Shown in pieces: positions 61,313 to 64,000 of a stretch of 64,000 bases of DNA. The position numbers and the translations under genes are program-made. Below the pieces are notes generated by a model. That model made no database searches. It was not told where the DNA came from and was given only the letters and a program-made list of their open reading frames with translations. Each line of letters opens with the position of its first letter. The first letter of the stretch is position 1. The stretch covers positions 124,001 to 188,000 of the forward strand of contig NIVC01001587.1 in the NCBI GenBank assembly GCA_002269645.1, given 5' to 3'. The stretch is from Macrostomum lignano. Its lineage: Eukaryota.

Positions 61313-61691
61313 GTGAGTCGCTGCCGACTCTGAATTGAGGTTCCCAACTTTTGACTACCGATAATTTGGGAGTTATTGTAAGGATCTAATTGCATTGAGG
61401 CTGCACAACAACGAAAGCATAGTTTTAATGCTTGCATAGAGATCACAGACATCTTGAAGATTAGAATAGCTAATAAAGTACCCTTTTTCTATTTCGAGAC
61501 TTAAAACTCTTTATGGTTTAATTTGTATGCTTGTTTCCTTAATTACTGATTTATTGTTGAGCTTTTTTGTAAGATGAAAAATCCCAAGTATTTTTTGTGC
61601 TGACTGCAGTGTGGTATCCTGCAAATCTTTAAGAATTCAGAGGTCGCCCACTGAACAGTAGCAAGAAAAGAATGTTAAGGAAATCTTTTGA

Positions 61692-62108
61692 GAGGTCCTG
61701 GCTCAGCGGTTATTGAGGTCCTGGCTCAGCGGTTATTGAGGTCCTGGCTCAGCGGTTATTGAGGTCCTGGCTCAGCGGTTATTGAGGTCCTGGCTCAGCG
61801 GTTATTGAGGTCCTGGCTCAGCGGTTATTGAGGTCCTGGCTCAGCGGTTATTGAGGTCCTGGCTCAGCGGTTATTGAGGTCCTGGCTCAGCGGTTATTGA
61901 GGTCCTGGCTCAGCGGTTATTGAGGTCCTGGCTCAGCGGTTATTGAGGTCCTGGCTCAGCGGTTATTGAGGTCCTGGCTCAGCGGTTATTGAAATCCTGG
62001 CTCAGCGGTTATTGAGGTCCTGGCTCAGCGGTTATTGAGGTCCTGGCTCAGCGGTTATTGAGGTCCTGGCTCAGCGGTTATTGAAATCCTGGCTCAGCGG
62101 TTATTGAG
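61692..62108. repeat. 23-bp intronic minisatellite (GAGGTCCTGGCTCAGCGGTTATT)n
   Basis: About 18 near-perfect copies. Confidence 0.97.
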
Positions 62109-62634
62109 CTAAAACCAGTTACAAGGGGTATAAGACTCAGAAACCGGTACTGGCTGAGTTGGAATCTAAATGTTGACCACCTCTAGAGACTCACAAGACA
62201 ATTAAGAATAGTTCTTCAAGTTTCCTAGTGAGCTAGCTACCTTGCTCTAGAGAGGGTACATAAAAATTAGGCATTCCGATTTGAAATCAGGACGGCAAAA
62301 CGCAGGGCCGCTCGTCTCCTATTGGTTCAACAGTCTGCAGCCAATCATATTTCGCGCAGCCTCCATACACTACTCTTGTAGAAAGAATCGATTAAGGAAG
62401 CCTGCAAACCCGATTAAACAAAAGGTTGAAAATAAAAAAAAACTAATTCGTGACACACGCTTTTATAGAGCCATTTTAAATTTTATTATTTAAACAAATA
62501 TAAAATAGAACACTGCAAAACTTTGTTGCTTGCATCCCTAAAACAGTTTTTTAAATGTACTAATAATATGACGAAGCGTTTACTCATTAAATTTAAAGTA
62601 ATAGTTACTCCGGCCGTTTACCTTAAAACAACAG

Positions 62635-63063
62635 GTAAATCCAAACTTGCCGCGCACCCGCGGCGACTCGGCCATTCACAGCTCGCACATTGACTGCATG
62701 GTGCAGATGCAGCAGCCGCTGCACGAGATGCCGCCTAAAAAGATTAACCCTCAGGAGCAGCGAATCGGTCAGCTGATTGCTGAGAAACTGGTAGCTGACG
62801 GCTCCACCCTGCAGACTGGCATCGGCAGCATACCCGACGCCGTGCTAGCCTCGCTGAAGGGTCACAAAAACCTCGGCGTTCACACAGAGATGTTCTCCGA
62901 CGGCGTAGTTGATCTGACAGAATGCGGCGCCGTCACGAATGCTTTGAAGCGAATAAGACCTGGCAAAATTGTCAGCGGCTTCGTTATTGGCACTAAAAAG
63001 GTGTTCGATTTTATTGACGAGAATGCCATGGTGGAGCTGTGCGATATTCACTTCGTTAATAAG
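62635..63063 (+). CDS. CoA-transferase exon 2
   Basis: VNPNLPRT, TLQTGIGSIPDAV, LGVHTEMFSDG (catalytic Glu motif); phase 0/0. Confidence 0.92.
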
Positions 63064-63129
63064 GTATGCTGCCGTCAAGTGGAATCGGATTGTAAGGGGA
63101 TATAAATATTGCAACTATAGTTGTAAATA

Positions 63130-63410
63130 GCTACCTGATAACAGGTGCGATTTCTGTGAGTTGTAAATCTAATTGTCTGATAGCAGGTGAGATTTATGTG
63201 AGTTGTAAATCTAATTGTCTGATAGCAGGTGAGATTTATGTGAATTGTAAATCTAATTGTCTGATAGCAGGTGAGATTTATGTGAGTTATAAATCTAATT
63301 GTCTGATAGCAGGTGAGATTTATGTGAATTGTAAATCTAATTGTCTGATAGCAGGTAAGATTTATGTGAGTTGTAAATCTAATTGTCTGATAACTGGTAA
63401 GAATTCTGCA
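63130..63410. repeat. 42-bp intronic minisatellite containing CTAAT...CAG|GTGAG
   Basis: 6-7 copies of TCTAATTGTCTGATAGCAGGTGAGATTTATGTGAGTTGTAAA. Confidence 0.92.
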
Positions 63411-63428
63411 TTCTCAATCAACTCGCAG

Positions 63429-63666
63429 GTGGCCATCATCAGCCAGAATCCCCGCGTCACCGCCATCAATTCGTGCATCGAGATTGACCTCACCGGCCAG
63501 GTAGTCAGCGACTCGATCGGACCCCGCATCTACTCGGGCGTGGGCGGCCAGATCGACTTCATGCGCGGCGCCGCTTTGTCCAGCGACGGCCTCGGCGTGC
63601 CGATCATCGCGCTGCAGTCTTCGACTAAGAAGGGCGGCAGCAAGATTGTGCCGTTCATTCGGGAGG
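63429..63666 (+). CDS. CoA-transferase exon 3 (gene continues beyond window)
   Basis: AINSCIEIDLTGQV, YSGVGGQIDF (GxGG motif), SKIVP; donor G|GTCAGT phase 1 (missed by ORF track). Confidence 0.9.
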
Positions 63667-63667
63667 G

Positions 63668-64000
63668 TCAGTGCGGGTCCCTGCTGTCCTCAGATCCTTC
63701 AGTGCGGATCCCTGCTGTCCTCAGATCCTTCAGTGCGAGACCCTGCTGTCCTCAGATCCTTCAGTGCGGGTCCTTGCTGTCCTCAGATCCTTCAGTGCGG
63801 GTCATTGCTGTCCTCAGATCCTTCAGTGCGGGTCCCTGCAGTCCTCAGATCCTTCAGTGCGGGTCCCTGCTGTCCTCAGATCCTTCAGTGCGGGTCCTTG
63901 CTGTCCTCAGATCCTTCAGTGCGGGTCATTGCTGTCCTCAGATCCTTCAGTGCGGGTCCCTGCAGTCCTCAGATCCTTCAGTGCGGGTCCCTGCTGCCAT
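63668..64000. repeat. 31-bp intronic minisatellite (TCAGTGCGGGTCCCTGCTGTCCTCAGATCCT)n
   Basis: Starts at the donor site and runs to window end. Confidence 0.95.

Overview
Eukaryotic (metazoan) genomic DNA with spliceosomal introns. GC/CpG-rich exons sit in AT-rich intergenic DNA and an unusually dense set of minisatellites. This style suggests a Macrostomum-like flatworm (inference only). Reconstructed genes, with splice phases checked by hand: (1) last exon of a Cys-rich secreted-peptide-like gene (1735-1991); (2) 9-exon ARAP-like PH/ArfGAP/RhoGAP/RA gene (15672-27667, about 1269 aa); (3) 3-exon UBL3 with an expanded poly-Cys tail (30098-32444); (4) 7-exon low-complexity + LRAT-domain gene (37239-44326), whose last intron holds a minus-strand PHD-APE-RT non-LTR retrotransposon with a 16-bp TSD starting exactly at the splice donor; (5) 2-exon class A GPCR on the minus strand with a GC-AG intron (52495-50717); (6) 2-exon ACBP (55343-58017); (7) a mitochondrial acetate:succinate CoA-transferase-like gene (60749 to beyond the window end). 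Mobile DNA includes two tRNA-derived SINE families (one CORE-type, with an inverted-loop variant), hAT-type MITEs with perfect 8-bp TSDs, a foldback element, a 4-bp-TSD element, a CpG-erased Gypsy remnant, and Merlin and Penelope-like fragments. The most striking patterns: almost every sizeable intron is filled by its own minisatellite, many arrays share a CAGATC core, and transposon remnants show strong CpG-decay signatures. Most long ORFs in the supplied track are minisatellite artefacts. No CRISPR, rRNA or convincing tRNA gene was seen.
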